Source of the DNA: Balanoglossus misakiensis
Taxonomy: Eukaryota; Animalia; Hemichordata
Reading direction: 5' to 3'
Length of the DNA: 64,000 nt
NCBI GenBank assembly: GCA_040954595.2
Contig: CM082577.2
Location: forward strand, 2,356,001-2,420,000
This document shows, one piece after another, positions 38,195 to 50,647 of this stretch. How positions within the stretch are numbered: position 1 is the first letter of the stretch; the number at the start of each line of letters is the position of its first letter. The position numbers were made by a program, and so were the translations under genes. A model generated the notes under the pieces. The model had not been told where the DNA came from. It saw only the letters and a list, made by a program, of their open reading frames with translations, and did no database searches.

Positions 38195-41100
38195 TCACCA
38201 TGTTGTGGGCTCTTCGAATAACTTTCCCTTTTCTCCACTGGTTGACTCTGAAAAGGAAAAACAGAACTCATAACTTCCTGCAACAGTGACTGAACAAAGA
38301 AAAGTTTCTATTGTACCACGATCTCAAGTTCCCCCCCCCCCACCCCATCAATTGTTTTGTCCCTTAAATTCCGATCCACTATGGCATGGGAACTTAAAAT
38401 GCATAGCGACTCATTTAACTTCAGATGCCATGATGGAATATGATTGAACTTGACTGTGACTTCTCTGAGTGCAAAGTAGACTGGTCTTTCAAGATTCTCT
38501 CAAATTCCTGACCTTTGGCCTCCGGAGTGTCATGGGTCGGGGCCTCTGGTTCCTTCTTGCAATTATCATTGTCTTCCATTTCTTCTTGTTCCTTGTCTGG
38601 GTCTTCTTTGATCGGACTCACACTCCGTCTTGACACAAATGGTGGTGCACTTTTTGGAGAAAATTATAAAATGCTTGAGAAAAGACATATCAAACAGTAA
38701 GGACCATCACTGTGCAAATTTAGGAAAATATGCATTTTTTTACAGAGCTGCTCTTGATATTAAAACACATATGTACCATTTCAGAATATAATATGTGTAT
38801 TAATAAAATTAACACATTTTATTCATATTCTGTGCTCTGATTGGTTCAATTACTGCCACATGAGCTTGTGCCTTTATGAACAACCTTTGTTAGTATTTTC
38901 CTCAGACCAATAAAATATCCATTCTTACTTGACGTCTAGAATCTTCTGTCGTTTCGGATTGACTTCTCCAGGGTAGGCTATATCCACTTCTCTATGTTGA
39001 CGTTTCTTCCCCTGGCCAGCCCCATCTGAGATGTGCTTGAACTCTTTGTAGGTCTGTATGCGGTATGAGTCTGCTTTCGATAATGCTTTAAGAACTGCAG
39101 GGGTAAAAGAATTTCAATGAATGGAAACAGAGTGAAACAATTTACATGTGCATTAATTGACCTGTCTATTAAGGCCACCTGTCCATAAAGGCCAGTATAG
39201 GAAAGTCCCTTGACTGGCCACTACAGACAGGTTTGACTGTACATGTAAAATGCAGGCAGGTCTTATTTACCTGTGTCAGCGTGATCTCTGTTGTTCAGAG
39301 ACACAAAAGCTGAGGTGTCATCAATCCAGGCGATGTAGACAGATCCAAACGGAGAAAACAAATGATACAGGTCGCTGGTTTTCCATTCCTTGGGAAATGT
39401 CAGGTGGAAAACATGATTCCTGCCGGGTTGTACTGGAAAAGAAAAATGTGGATAAGATCAACAAACATTCTAGAATGATATGCATCTGAATCTAGACATT
39501 AAATGCATTTGATATATTATACCAGCTGGATATCATTAGTCAGTCCTTATCCTGATCATTGATTGGATCATTTGTAGTCACATGCAAAAAATCTGACATT
39601 TGATTGGATATGATGATCAGATCAAGTTATCCTAACAATTGTTCAGTGTAGCAGCCTATCAGAGGCCTTCAAATGGTCTGCAATTTTAACCATTGCACAT
39701 TTTCATTTTTGACTTACAATCTGGCCCTGTTAGGTTGATGTATGGGATGTCCTGCATCTTCATCACAAAAATTCTGAAAAACATAAATATTTAAGTTTGT
39801 TTAGAGTTCTGTTGCAGTGTGAGAGGATATGATGGATGCACAGGACACATAATCATTGGGCATACAATGACACAGGGTGCTTTAGATGACCAGTACATGT
39901 TTGAGAGAATATTATATTTGCATATAAACATGGCGGAAAACTTACTTGTTTATGAATGGGTGCAGCAGAGGCGAGGAAGGGGGTATTCTGGATTTGACTG
40001 GATCTTGAAACGTGCCAATGTAGTTCGCCATGGTAACAAAACAGCTTCCCGTGATGTAGGCATCATAGGCAGCTTCATGCAGACAGTTTTTTCCACTTTT
40101 GTATTTTGAACACTTGGCTGAAAATTCTACAAGGAGTAGAAATTGAGAGGGGAGACATTAGGTCTAATTGTTTTCCCGTCATAAGTTCTCAATGGCTGTC
40201 TGCTCTCTGGCTGTTACATTCATTACAATTGAGGGGTGATTTTTTCAAAATTCACAACTTTCAAAATTTCATGAACAGCGCCCTCTATCAGACACATTCC
40301 GTTGTTTACTGGACATGCAGTATGCAAAAAAAGTGGTGGTAACACTGAATGTTTTCACTCACCAATGTTGGGCTTATGGAATGGCTTTCCATCTAACGTT
40401 TTGTGCAAGTCAGCTAACGCTGTGTGGCAAATCAGTTCCTGTGAAATGAAAGATGAAAAGATGGTCACACTAGTAGGCATCTCTTTATGTTTGATTTCAG
40501 CTGCCTGAGAAACAGCAAAACAATTGATAAACCATGGTTGCTATAGAATTTGTGAATAAAGATACCGTTACAAGATAAAAACAATAAAAACATTATTCTT
40601 GGCCATTACGCCATTGGTTTGGCTAATGGAATGCCTGATTTTGTGGGCTTCTAGCCAAGTTTGCTGGAAGTTTGGAAACCCAGTGGAAACACTGTCAGTG
40701 CTCTCCATGACAACAACAAACAGTATGACCTGTGTGACCTCTGAACCCACAACAGCTTACCTTGAAGGGCCGTGTGCTTGCCATTAATTTAGTATCGAGC
40801 AGCTTAGGGAACAGACACCTGACCATTGCTTTGAATTCGTCCAGTTCCTGAAAGCAGTGATTTGAATTAAAAGCAACAGAATGATCAAGGGATAGTGACT
40901 TTGGCAGTGATTTTAGTACTGACATTTGTTTGTGGTCAAACTCACTTGGTGTATAATTGCAAAATGCAACTACAAGTAAAATGGTTGTACACAACACACA
41001 TTTATCAGATGTTTTAGAAGAAACAAAATTGCTGACACCCCACCTCACCCCCCCCCCCCCAAATCTGACACAGCAAGTCTTTTGCACCTACCTGTGGTAA

Positions 41101-44100
41101 TGGATGACTGAACTGGTGGACAACATGGAGGATATCCAGCAACATGTTGTGTCCCACAACTAGTTTGCCGCTCTCTGAGATGAGACGAATCACTTTGGTG
41201 AAACCGACTGCGTCATCCAGTTCATCCTGTGACAGAATTGTTTAGAGAGAGTCATTTTTAGGTTAAAAGCTTAATATCCTGGGAAACAACGTAAATAAGA
41301 TTCAAAAGATAACTTTGGATACACCCAAAAGGAAAAGGAATCCCAGTTCAATAAAGCAAAAAATTGTGAGCTCGGTTCTGACAACCATGCTATATTCTCC
41401 TCTTACCAACTCAGCCTGTTTTCTCTCCTCTTCCTTCCTTTTTATGTCATCTTCATTGACCTTAGTGACTACCATGTATCTCTCTCTCTGTTGGAAGAAA
41501 ACACGGAGGAAATCACGCATTCATTCTCACTGCCCACTACTGAGAGGGAAACAGAGTAAGATAGACAGAGTTCTCTGTGTTGAAATATATCAACTCTACA
41601 ATACCAACCTTTTCATTAGTTCTTGTATCAACATAAATCCCCGTTGGAAATCTGTCCAAGCAGGAATATAAAAAGAGACATTCAATATTCTGAGCATAAG
41701 CTTGTGAAAATCAATGTTTTTTATGTCTATCATGATATTTATGACAGACTTGACAACAGTTCAAAAAAAGATGCAAAAACTGACTATAGAGGGCGCTATA
41801 TAACACTTCCTTACTTGGATTTCACCGTTTGGTAGATGAGCTTTCTCAGGAACCTGGAAAGAAAGACATCAGTCACAATAAAAAAAAGACTTAGAGACAG
41901 ATCTGCACTTAATTAACATTCATTTTAACAGACCAAAGATAAACGCATTGAAGAGTTGTACACTTACGCATTACATGGCTCCAGCTCAATTGCTTCTGTT
42001 TCATTGTCTTCGAGAAAGTCTTCTATCTTTTTGCTGTGCAAGAAACACAAGTAAAGGCAAATATTAAGATATTATACCAATTTTCTATCAGATTTCTATC
42101 AAATTGTACATAGGCTTAAGAGTGAAATTTTGTTCTTTTTGGGTGTTCTTATAATCAACAAGTCTACAAATGCACCTTTAGAGCCAACACACACAGTGTT
42201 GTCCCACCTTATATTTTCTATGAAATTCTTCTGCTCATTTGGAATGGCGATCTTCATTGATTTTGGAGCCGGTGAAATGATGGCTGGACTGGCCAAGTGG
42301 GCAGTGGAATTATCTAATTCTCCCATACTGTGTTTCTGGTGCAACAAGTCTCGTAACCTCTGCTCGTCAAGTGGTGCAAGGTATGGAATTCCTACAGAAA
42401 CAAAAAAGTTACAGAAATTACCAAAGCACAACACCTACTGAAAAATACAAAGTTGCACCTTTCAACACAATGGTAAACCATCTAGGTGCCATTATTACCA
42501 GAAACATCTATGCCAATATCTATTTTGGAAAAGAATGAATCGTAATTTGACTAAAATGACAGCTGTAACATGTGTTCAGTTCTTATACAGTGTTTCTTCC
42601 AACTAATTCTAAATACATAAAGGTTTAAACAGTCATTACCTTCTCTGAAAAGTTTGTTGAAATCAAATCCATTCCCAATCAGGAAATCTAAACTAGAAGT
42701 CTGACAGAAAAAAAAACACCACCAGAATAAATGGAATTAGATCTCAATATGGACCAAAACAGACACTTATGATCATGGTGATACGATGATGACCAGTTTT
42801 GGTGCACTGAAAAGATATCTGTTGACATGGCTACAAGTCCAGTGTATCCTTGTTAGGTTCATGTTCTGGTAGATGCAAAGCGCCCTCAAGGGCCTGAAAT
42901 GTCAGGCCAGACACATGAACAAACAAACAACTTTAAACTATGCTCAGATGCTTTAGGATTTACTAATTCTTTAAATAAGGTTGTAGATATAACTCTGGCA
43001 GTGTAAGTGTGACACATGCATTAATAACTGTGGAACTATATAATTATCTACCTGACACAAGAATCGCTTGTCAGGGGCCTGTCTGTTCATCGGTGTGGGA
43101 AATATATAGAAGTTGAATGGATGTGCAATGTATCTGCAAAATAAACAAAAGTCATTGTGAATGACAAAGTCTTTGTTGGTAAGTGGAAATAATCGGTATC
43201 TTGTAATTCTTAAAGGATATCTATAATGACGATAGCTGCAATGGAAGGGAAAAAAAGAATAAGAGTTTATGTAGGTCAATTTCAAAACTATTGTGGAAAT
43301 GACAGCTTCACTTTACTCATAAGCATCCCTGTTGTGCAACGCAGAACCTTGAGAAACGGTTTCTCAAAGGTCTACGTCTGATTGATGCGACATGAATTAC
43401 CTTGACTTCTCATTTTCGTAAGTAAACACACAGAGCCCAAACTGAATCAGCAGAAAGTCCAGAGATCCCTGCAAACAAAATGGTAGAAAGTTGGCATTCC
43501 ATTGCTCTAGTAGAATAATGACAGGGGCTGGGTCATAAAGTCCACATGACAATGAACATCATGTGTTTTTACATTAAGTTAATATGTTATATTGTATTGT
43601 GCTATGTTATGTTATGTGATGTTATGTTATTGACACAGGCAAACTGGAGAGACAAATCCTGCCATCATTTGTGTCAAACAACAAAAATGACAGAGCAAGA
43701 CAGTCAGGGCTTACCTGTTGAAGTTTGAGGTAGCGTTCTTGAGGGGTGTCAAAAGCATGTAAGTTGAAAGATGTCTCCAGACCAGTGAATTCACCATCAA
43801 TTGCAAGGAAAGATGATTCCTTGATAAGAGATTTGACCATCTGGAGACATTCTTTAAAATCTACACAGAAAGGAGAAAAAAAAACATTTGCTGAAAAACT
43901 GGATTCAAATACTAGTAGGCAGTCGCTAACTTTCGACAATATTTTTAATATTGTAATACATATCCATCAGTTGTAAGTAGATTGGTACATTGGTTTGCTT
44001 GTACCAGATAAAATCGCAGCGAGTGTATAAGGTCACACCAGGACAACTATATGTCAGAGTTTCACGCTAGTCTATTGTGCCCTCCCACAGACAATCCCTT

Positions 44101-44302
44101 GTTACATCACATGCTCATCCATGGAGGATCATGTGCTCATCAGTTGGTCACCCAGATGCAAACAGTACAAACACAGGGTCGTTCACTTTCCCTTTTATAT
44201 ATGCGAATTATTTGAATACCAATGCAGAGGGGGTTATTTAATGCACAGTAATGGACAAGCAGGCTTGTACATTAGTTACTCACTTGTGCGAGTGACATCC
44301 AT
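38195..44302 (-). CDS. PARN: poly(A)-specific ribonuclease, 19 coding exons, 613 aa
   Basis: Hand-spliced GT-AG exons: 44302-44284, 43860-43715, 43468-43401, 43133-43052, 42700-42640, 42391-42208, 42033-41968, 41853-41815, 41651-41609, 41487-41407, 41226-41092, 40847-40761, 40438-40363, 40126-39946, 39773-39718, 39432-39271, 39094-38929, 38649-38513, 38247-38195 (1842 nt, open). DEDDh motifs [17 protein letters not shown] and [12 protein letters not shown]; R3H-like region; [27 protein letters not shown]...WIDDTSAFV; C-terminus LFEEPTTW (human LFEVPDTW). Confidence 0.97.
39160..39241. mobile_element. short MITE-like inverted-repeat fragment in a PARN intron
   Basis: Nested inverted repeats ACCTGTCT (39160)/AGACAGGT (39225) and GGCCAGT (39190)/ACTGGCC (39213). 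Ends in ...GACAGGTTTGACTG-TA, resembling a Tc1/mariner-type MITE terminus. Confidence 0.45.
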
Positions 44303-44950
44303 AGTTTCTCTGCACGATGTCACTTTTCGCAAGGAAGGGTGAATGCGAGTTTTGCTGCTTTGAAAGTCACAGGAGCCAGGACCTTAGTGTGAACTGCGGT
44401 GGTTGGAGCGTCTCTCCGGATTTCCCAGTCAGCAGACGGTTGCAAAGGTAAGTGAGAACTACAGAGTGACTTCACAGCTCACTGTACCCGCTGAAAGCCT
44501 GATTGAAGTTGCATATCAGAGCAAATACAGCCAGTAGTACCTGCATAGAGTTAGATTTAATCCGTGCGCCGGAAGAGATTAATTCGTGAGCTAGGTTAGG
44601 GGGTACATTTCGACTTGTGTCCACCTCCACCAGGCTAGGGACTCAAACATGGCCGTGAATAAACTGCGGAAGATGAAACGCAACGCAAGCAGGTAACTGC
44701 GATCGAAATCTACCATGTAGCTCAAGGTAAGATCTTCAGAATTCGTCCGGTTTGTGAACGAGAAAATTCGAATCTGTCAAGAGTGTGTTGGTATCAACCG
44801 AATAGTAGCGGCGATTTTTTGATCAAAGCGAAAATTGATGGTATCGCAAGCGCCGTACGCGATACGGCGACCTACGTACGCGTACGAGATATAGCCAGCA
44901 CAGCCCAGGCTGAAGCCCGTGTGATCCGGCCGAAGTTTGCGAGGCCTGGT
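44303..44950. promoter_or_regulatory. bidirectional CpG-rich promoter shared by PARN (-) and BFAR (+)
   Basis: CpG-rich patch between the PARN ATG (44302) and plus-strand donors after 44447, 44692 and 44726. ETS-like CCGGAAG at ~44569 and YY1-like AACATGGCCG at ~44646. Confidence 0.75.
44649..44692 (+). other. BFAR: probable BFAR first exon (possibly coding, MAVNKLRKMKRNAS)
   Basis: ATG at 44649, donor AG|GTAACT. Splicing to the acceptor before 51351 is in frame with the BFAR ATG at 51370. Confidence 0.5.
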
Positions 44951-45062
44951 TGACATTGAAGCTGTTGAACAGTATTTGCGGGCGTGAAATTGTTTTTAAG
45001 CCCTGTTTTATTTATAACAAGTCCGTGTCTAATAAACCAACGTTAGACTCGGATGATGACGA

Positions 45063-45092
<30 letters not shown>
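45063..45092. repeat. (CAT)10 microsatellite
   Basis: Directly visible. Confidence 0.93.
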
Positions 45093-45094
<2 letters not shown>

Positions 45095-46320
45095 ACAACA
45101 CTAACAAAAACAGCAATTTGGCCAGTGTTATTCTAGAATATAGTAATTGTTGACACATTGTACGAGACCAGTAAAAATACAGAAATTATGACAGTAGCCA
45201 TAGCTACTCTTGTTACATAATATGATAATAACTTAAATTGCCCCAAATTGAAAAATTAGAACAATACGTACCCCATTGATGATTTTGTTTTAATGTGAAG
45301 TTTAAATTCAGTTTAGATAGAAGTCTACAGAAGGAGAAATAGTGGTTTGCTGTACTTGCCACTTTTCTCCCTAAAAAGGCGGTTGTCAAACACTGAAAAA
45401 TAGCAATAGCAGATATGTACCACTTGAAAATTTGCAATTCATAAACACTGGGGCCCATGGCCATGCCCGCACAAAAGAGTAGATTAGAAACATGATTTGT
45501 CCATGATAGGAATAACCTTGGACAAACAGTCAGACTCCCAATTCATGTGACATGACTGCCAAAAATAGATCTCTCGTCAGAAAGGTGTCATTCGGCATCG
45601 TGAACAGGCAAGTCACTGACATGATCAGGAGGGCCACATAACATGTCATACCTACCAGAAAGCTTGTCTATCCGTTTTCTGACTGGTGACCATAGGACAC
45701 TAACATTCAAATTGTTTACTTGGCCTTGATCCATTCCACCACAGTTTGGCTTTTGACCTTGTGAATCTCACAAACTATGTCACTAGACTTTGGAGTATAA
45801 ACCGCCACTTGCTTAAGTAAAATCTTCAACATCTGAACACTTCCAAGTGTTTTGTTTGTGCGTACATAGGTAATGATGTTTACATATGTATTGTTCGTAT
45901 ATTCGACTTCAAAATGCTAGCACTCACAGATATGTATCGTAAACTGTTGCATTGAGGTATACAGTCCACCCTCCATTGATATACGCTTGACCTGTTGAAA
46001 CCTTCAATTGTAGGAAAAAAAATAAAAAGACCAAAGGACATTTGCATATTCTTTTGGCATTGGACCTTCATTAAAAATTGACCGGAGATAAACCTAGGGA
46101 TTATTATCTCAGCAACAGCACCAGTTCTGCTGAGTAATTAATTTCTATGCACATTTCAAAATTGTTAGGTTCAATGAAAAGTTAGGGACACTTAGAAAAA
46201 AACACACGAACGATAAAAACTGGGGAGTAGTGGTGACTTCACAAGAGGAGATTTTCAGTAAATTCTGCTTTGTCACCATTTTCCCCTGACCTTTGACCCC
46301 AAAGCTCAATTAATCAGTTT

Positions 46321-46462
46321 TGTGATATATCTGGGATATATTCAGGGAGAGCACAAGAGGACACAGCAGACAGTTGTTCATTCAACTTCAGGGAGACCTG
46401 TAGTACAGTTTATTACTACGCATGCGCACACTACGTCATCATGAATACATGCATATATTACA
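46321..46462 (-). repeat. 3' LTR (142 bp)
   Basis: Identical by eye to 51040-51181. Element-strand termini TGTAATATAT...ATATATCACA; contains AATAAA on the element strand. Confidence 0.97.
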
Positions 46463-46475
46463 CTGCCTTCCCTTT
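46463..46475 (-). other. polypurine tract
   Basis: AAAGGGAAGGCAG on the minus strand immediately before the 3' LTR. Confidence 0.85.
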
Positions 46476-46558
46476 AAAAGAAATTGGGTGGCTTGACAAA
46501 CTTCAACAAATGTCAACTTGTAAACACAACATTTTTGTTAACGACAAAACTACTGAAA

Positions 46559-49500
46559 TTACAAATTCAGTTTCACAACGGGTTTTCTGACTCTGTCTGA
46601 TCTCCTTACAGGTTCTGTAATATTTCCAGGTTTCACTTGTGTATTCTGACTTTGTGTAGCTTGGCCAGAATCACTAGCAACTTTCACATCAGTATTTTCC
46701 ACTGGTTGTGGTTTACAAGAATTCTGAACAGGAATTGTACTGAACATTTCAGTTTCTGGTCTTTCACAGATATCAAGATTAGTCAAAACTGAATCATTGA
46801 ACTCTGTCATAGGCAACTCAGTTTGAAACTCTTCCATGGTTTTCAACATATGATCAGCATGAACTAGTTTAGTCATGGATCCTATTTTCACAATGTAATT
46901 TCGAGGTCCTTTGACTTCAATGATCGACCCCAATAACCATTTGTCATGTTTGGACTGTGGTCTAGGATTTTTCACTCTAACCACATCACCTATTTCAAAG
47001 TATCGCTCTTGTTTTCTAGAACGATCAAATTGCTCTTTATGTGCTTCCTGTTTCTTTTCAACCTTTTTAGCCAAACAAGGTTTTACCAAACTCAATCTGG
47101 TACGAAGCTGTCTTTTACACATCAATTCAGCTGGACTAACACCTGTTGTGCTATGAGGTGTGGTTCTATACCTCAATAGAAAATTAGCTATTCTACGTTT
47201 CAAAGACATAGATGATCCACCAGCTAAAACTTGCTTAGTGAAACTTTCTTTCACAAGTTTAACTGCTCTTTCAGCAGCACCATTAGACGCAGGATGATAT
47301 GGAGCTACTTTAGTATGATGAATACCATTTCTTTTCATGAATATATCAAATTCAGCAGACGTGAATTGTGGGCCATTATCTGAAACTAACTGTTCAGGAA
47401 GACCGTGTTCAGCAAATATGAGCCTTAACTCATCAATTGTACGCTCTGCTGTTATGCTTTTCATTGGCTTCACATCAACCCATTTAGAATGACAATCAAC
47501 AAGAATAAGATAATATGATGTCTTATCTTCACAAAAATCAATATGCACTCTCTGAAAAGGTCTCATTGGCCAAACCCATGGATGTAATGGTAATTTACTG
47601 GGTGTTGGTCTTGCTCTCTGACATACTGAACAAGCTTTGACCTTGGATTCAATATCAGAATCAATTCCTGGCCACCACACATGACTGCGTGCCAGTGCTT
47701 TCATTGCACATATTCCTGGATGTTCCCAATGAAGTTCATCCAGCAATTTCTCTCGAAATTTCCTTGGTATGACAACCCTGAGACCCCAGAGAATACATCC
47801 TCGTTCTAGAGATAATTGATCTCTTTTGTGATAGTACGGTTTCAATGCATCAGGCATGTCTGTACAATTCTTTGGCCAACCATTCAAAACATAATCATAC
47901 ACTTTACAGAGAATTGGATTGACCCTGGTTTCTCTAGCAATATCATCGGCTAGAACTGGAAAACTCTCATCAAGTATACCCACAGTAAATACCTTGGAAT
48001 CAGCATCAGTATTGTGCTTACTTGGATTCGGTAATCTTGACAACGCATCACAGTTAGCGTGTGCCGTTGTGTTACGATACTCAATATCATAGTCATATGC
48101 CTGCAGAATTAATGCCCAACGTTGCATTCTTGCAGCTGCTATGGTAGGGATACCCGCTTTTGGACCCAAAATAGCCAGCAGTGGCTTGTGATCTGTTACA
48201 AGAGTGAATTTTCTCCCATACAGAAAATCATGAAACTTCTTAACTCCAAATATCAATGATAATGCTTCTCTTTCAATTTGAGCATAGTTACGCTCGCTTG
48301 GGCTAAGCGTTCTAGAGGCATACGCTATTGGTCTCTCATCACCATTTTCGAACACATGTGAGAGAACCGCTCCAACGCCATAACTTGAAGCGTCACAATC
48401 AAGCTTCAATTTCTTACTCTGATCATAGTGTACCAACAAGGTCTCACTAGTCAAGTTTGCTTTACATGTCTCATACGCTTTTTGACATTTATCGCTCCAT
48501 TTCCAAACAACACCTTTCTTTAACAACTCATGCAAAGGTTGCAATGTAGTAGCTAAATTCGGTAAAAACTGATGGTAGTACTGTACCATACCCAAAAATG
48601 AACGCAATTGTGATACATTCTTTGGTACTGGAGCCTGTTTTATGGCTTGTACAGAGGATTCCACAGGTTTCAATCCTTCACCACTGTATTCTAATCCCAA
48701 ATACACAGTGCTAGACTTTGCAAATTCACACTTTGACAAATTTACGTGCAAATTATTATCACTCAATCTTTTGAGAACTTGTTCCAAAATATCAAGATTC
48801 TCATGAACATTGTCACCCCCAATAAGGATATCATCTTGTTTCCAAACACATTTCTGGACACCTTGAAGGATACAATCCATCTTAGTCTGAAATATTTTTG
48901 GCGCAGACTTCACACCATATGGTAACTTTGTGTACGAGTACAGACCTTTATGAGTATTAATGGTCAAATACTTTCTACTTTCGTCATCAACTGACAATTG
49001 AGCATAAGCATGTGTCAAATCCAAACGTGTGAATACTTTTGACCCCGACAGTTGAACATACAAATCTTGTGTAGTCGGTAAAGTACACTGCTCATCCTCA
49101 ACTACTGGATTAATACTTACTTTATAGTCACCACAAATTCTGACTGTTTTATCAGCTTTGGGCACCACTACAATTGGACTCGCCCACTCAGACTGATCAA
49201 CTTTAACTATTACTCCATTTTTTTCCAGTTTTGCCAATTCTATTTCGACTGCTCCACGAAGCGCATATGGAACTCGTCTTGGCTTGTGAAATACAGGTTT
49301 TGCACCCTCTTTGACACGAATATGAGCTTTGTGCCCACGCATACCATCATAGCTATCAGTAAATATGTTACTGTGCTTACGAAGAATCAAATCAAGCCTG
49401 TCTTTTGTTTTGGCAGTCAAACAATCACCAGCTTTTCCTTTACTGATTGTTTGGGCAGTACACAGAAATATCTTACACCAATTTAATTTCAATTTCTGCA

Positions 49501-50647
49501 ACCAATTTCTACCAAGCAGGGTTGGTTTACCTGGGTGGTCCACTACTATCAATGGCAAATCGACACACTGACCGTCATAACATACTGTGACCAAAATTTC
49601 ACCACAGACCGAAATTGGATCTCCAGTATAGCTTTTCAGTCTTACCGAAGATTTCCTCAAGGGACTTTGACTGAATTTCTTGTTATACTCTGTTTTAGAC
49701 ATGATACTGTAGTCAGCTGCTGTGTCTACTTGCATTGACACGGACTTACCATTCATATCTAGGCTTACAAAATAGCCAGATTTTTCTCCACCTACATTCA
49801 TATTGATGGAGGATACAACATTATACACACATGAATCAGAGTCATCACTGTCTTCAACTGTTTCAGTGACTGACTTTACAGATTTAACCATAGGCCTTTT
49901 GTCACTTCTGACATTTCCCTTGGCCTTCACTTTACCTCTAGTTTTACAAAACTTTGCAAAGTGACCTTGTTTTGAACACTTGTGACATACGACATTTTTA
50001 TGTGGACACTCTTTCGCAAAATGATTGTTTCCACATCTGAAACACTGTACAGTTTTAGAATGTTCACGTTTTACAACACTGTTTATAACAGTACTTTTGC
50101 TGTGAGAGTCTTGTCTCATCTGTTGCGACTGTTTCGTCGTCATTTCCATCGACGCAGCTGTTTGACATGCTTTCTCAAAGTTCAAGTTCTGCATGTTGAG
50201 TAATTTCTGTTGAATTCTCAAATCGAGCACCCCACACACAAGTCTGTCCCGTAATGCTCTATCGAGATAGTTGCCGAAATTGCAGTGAATGGACATCTTC
50301 TTCAGTGCTAGAATATAGTCACTCACGGACTCTTCCGGTTTTTGATCCCTTTTCCAAAAGTGAAACGACTCACTTATCTCCAACGGAACTGGATTATAAT
50401 GCTCAGTCAGGCAGGTTTCAATGTCCGCCAACGACTTGTCACGTGGTTTTATTGGCGCCAAAAGATTCACCAACACGGTGTGCACCTCAGCACCGATCTG
50501 AGTCAGAAATATAGCTTTCTTCCGCTCATCTGATTCAACATTGTTCGCCACGAAGAACATCTGCATTCTGTCGATGTACGAAACGAAGGTTTCCTTCGAA
50601 CTTTCGAACGGTCCCACACAACCAAGATACGTGCCGCCAGTAGCCAT
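46559..50647 (-). CDS. Gypsy gag-pol polyprotein, 1362 aa
   Basis: Gag with two CCHC knuckles (CFRCGNNHFAKEC, CHKCSKQGHFAKFC); protease VDTAA; RT (WASPIVVV, LDLTHAYAQL, LPYG, KQDD); RNase H (CDAS, EREAL, TDHKPL, DALSR); integrase HHCC plus D(HIDF)-D(SDNG)-E(AERAV). Confidence 0.97.
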   Translation of the reverse strand: MATGGTYLGCVGPFESSKETFVSYIDRMQMFFVANNVESDERKKAIFLTQIGAEVHTVLVNLLAPIKPRDKSLADIETCLTEHYNPVPLEISESFHFWKRDQKPEESVSDYILALKKMSIHCNFGNYLDRALRDRLVCGVLDLRIQQKLLNMQNLNFEKACQTAASMEMTTKQSQQMRQDSHSKSTVINSVVKREHSKTVQCFRCGNNHFAKECPHKNVVCHKCSKQGHFAKFCKTRGKVKAKGNVRSDKRPMVKSVKSVTETVEDSDDSDSCVYNVVSSINMNVGGEKSGYFVSLDMNGKSVSMQVDTAADYSIMSKTEYNKKFSQSPLRKSSVRLKSYTGDPISVCGEILVTVCYDGQCVDLPLIVVDHPGKPTLLGRNWLQKLKLNWCKIFLCTAQTISKGKAGDCLTAKTKDRLDLILRKHSNIFTDSYDGMRGHKAHIRVKEGAKPVFHKPRRVPYALRGAVEIELAKLEKNGVIVKVDQSEWASPIVVVPKADKTVRICGDYKVSINPVVEDEQCTLPTTQDLYVQLSGSKVFTRLDLTHAYAQLSVDDESRKYLTINTHKGLYSYTKLPYGVKSAPKIFQTKMDCILQGVQKCVWKQDDILIGGDNVHENLDILEQVLKRLSDNNLHVNLSKCEFAKSSTVYLGLEYSGEGLKPVESSVQAIKQAPVPKNVSQLRSFLGMVQYYHQFLPNLATTLQPLHELLKKGVVWKWSDKCQKAYETCKANLTSETLLVHYDQSKKLKLDCDASSYGVGAVLSHVFENGDERPIAYASRTLSPSERNYAQIEREALSLIFGVKKFHDFLYGRKFTLVTDHKPLLAILGPKAGIPTIAAARMQRWALILQAYDYDIEYRNTTAHANCDALSRLPNPSKHNTDADSKVFTVGILDESFPVLADDIARETRVNPILCKVYDYVLNGWPKNCTDMPDALKPYYHKRDQLSLERGCILWGLRVVIPRKFREKLLDELHWEHPGICAMKALARSHVWWPGIDSDIESKVKACSVCQRARPTPSKLPLHPWVWPMRPFQRVHIDFCEDKTSYYLILVDCHSKWVDVKPMKSITAERTIDELRLIFAEHGLPEQLVSDNGPQFTSAEFDIFMKRNGIHHTKVAPYHPASNGAAERAVKLVKESFTKQVLAGGSSMSLKRRIANFLLRYRTTPHSTTGVSPAELMCKRQLRTRLSLVKPCLAKKVEKKQEAHKEQFDRSRKQERYFEIGDVVRVKNPRPQSKHDKWLLGSIIEVKGPRNYIVKIGSMTKLVHADHMLKTMEEFQTELPMTEFNDSVLTNLDICERPETEMFSTIPVQNSCKPQPVENTDVKVASDSGQATQSQNTQVKPGNITEPVRRSDRVRKPVVKLNL

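Noticed and set aside
39946-40126. Apparent frameshift in PARN exon 14
   Set aside because: Recounting the homopolymers (G5 at 39979-39983, T6 at 40087-40092) shows the frame is intact.
46911-50533. Plus-strand ORFs inside the retrotransposon
   Set aside because: Antisense shadows of the gag-pol ORF; no env-like or accessory gene is evident.
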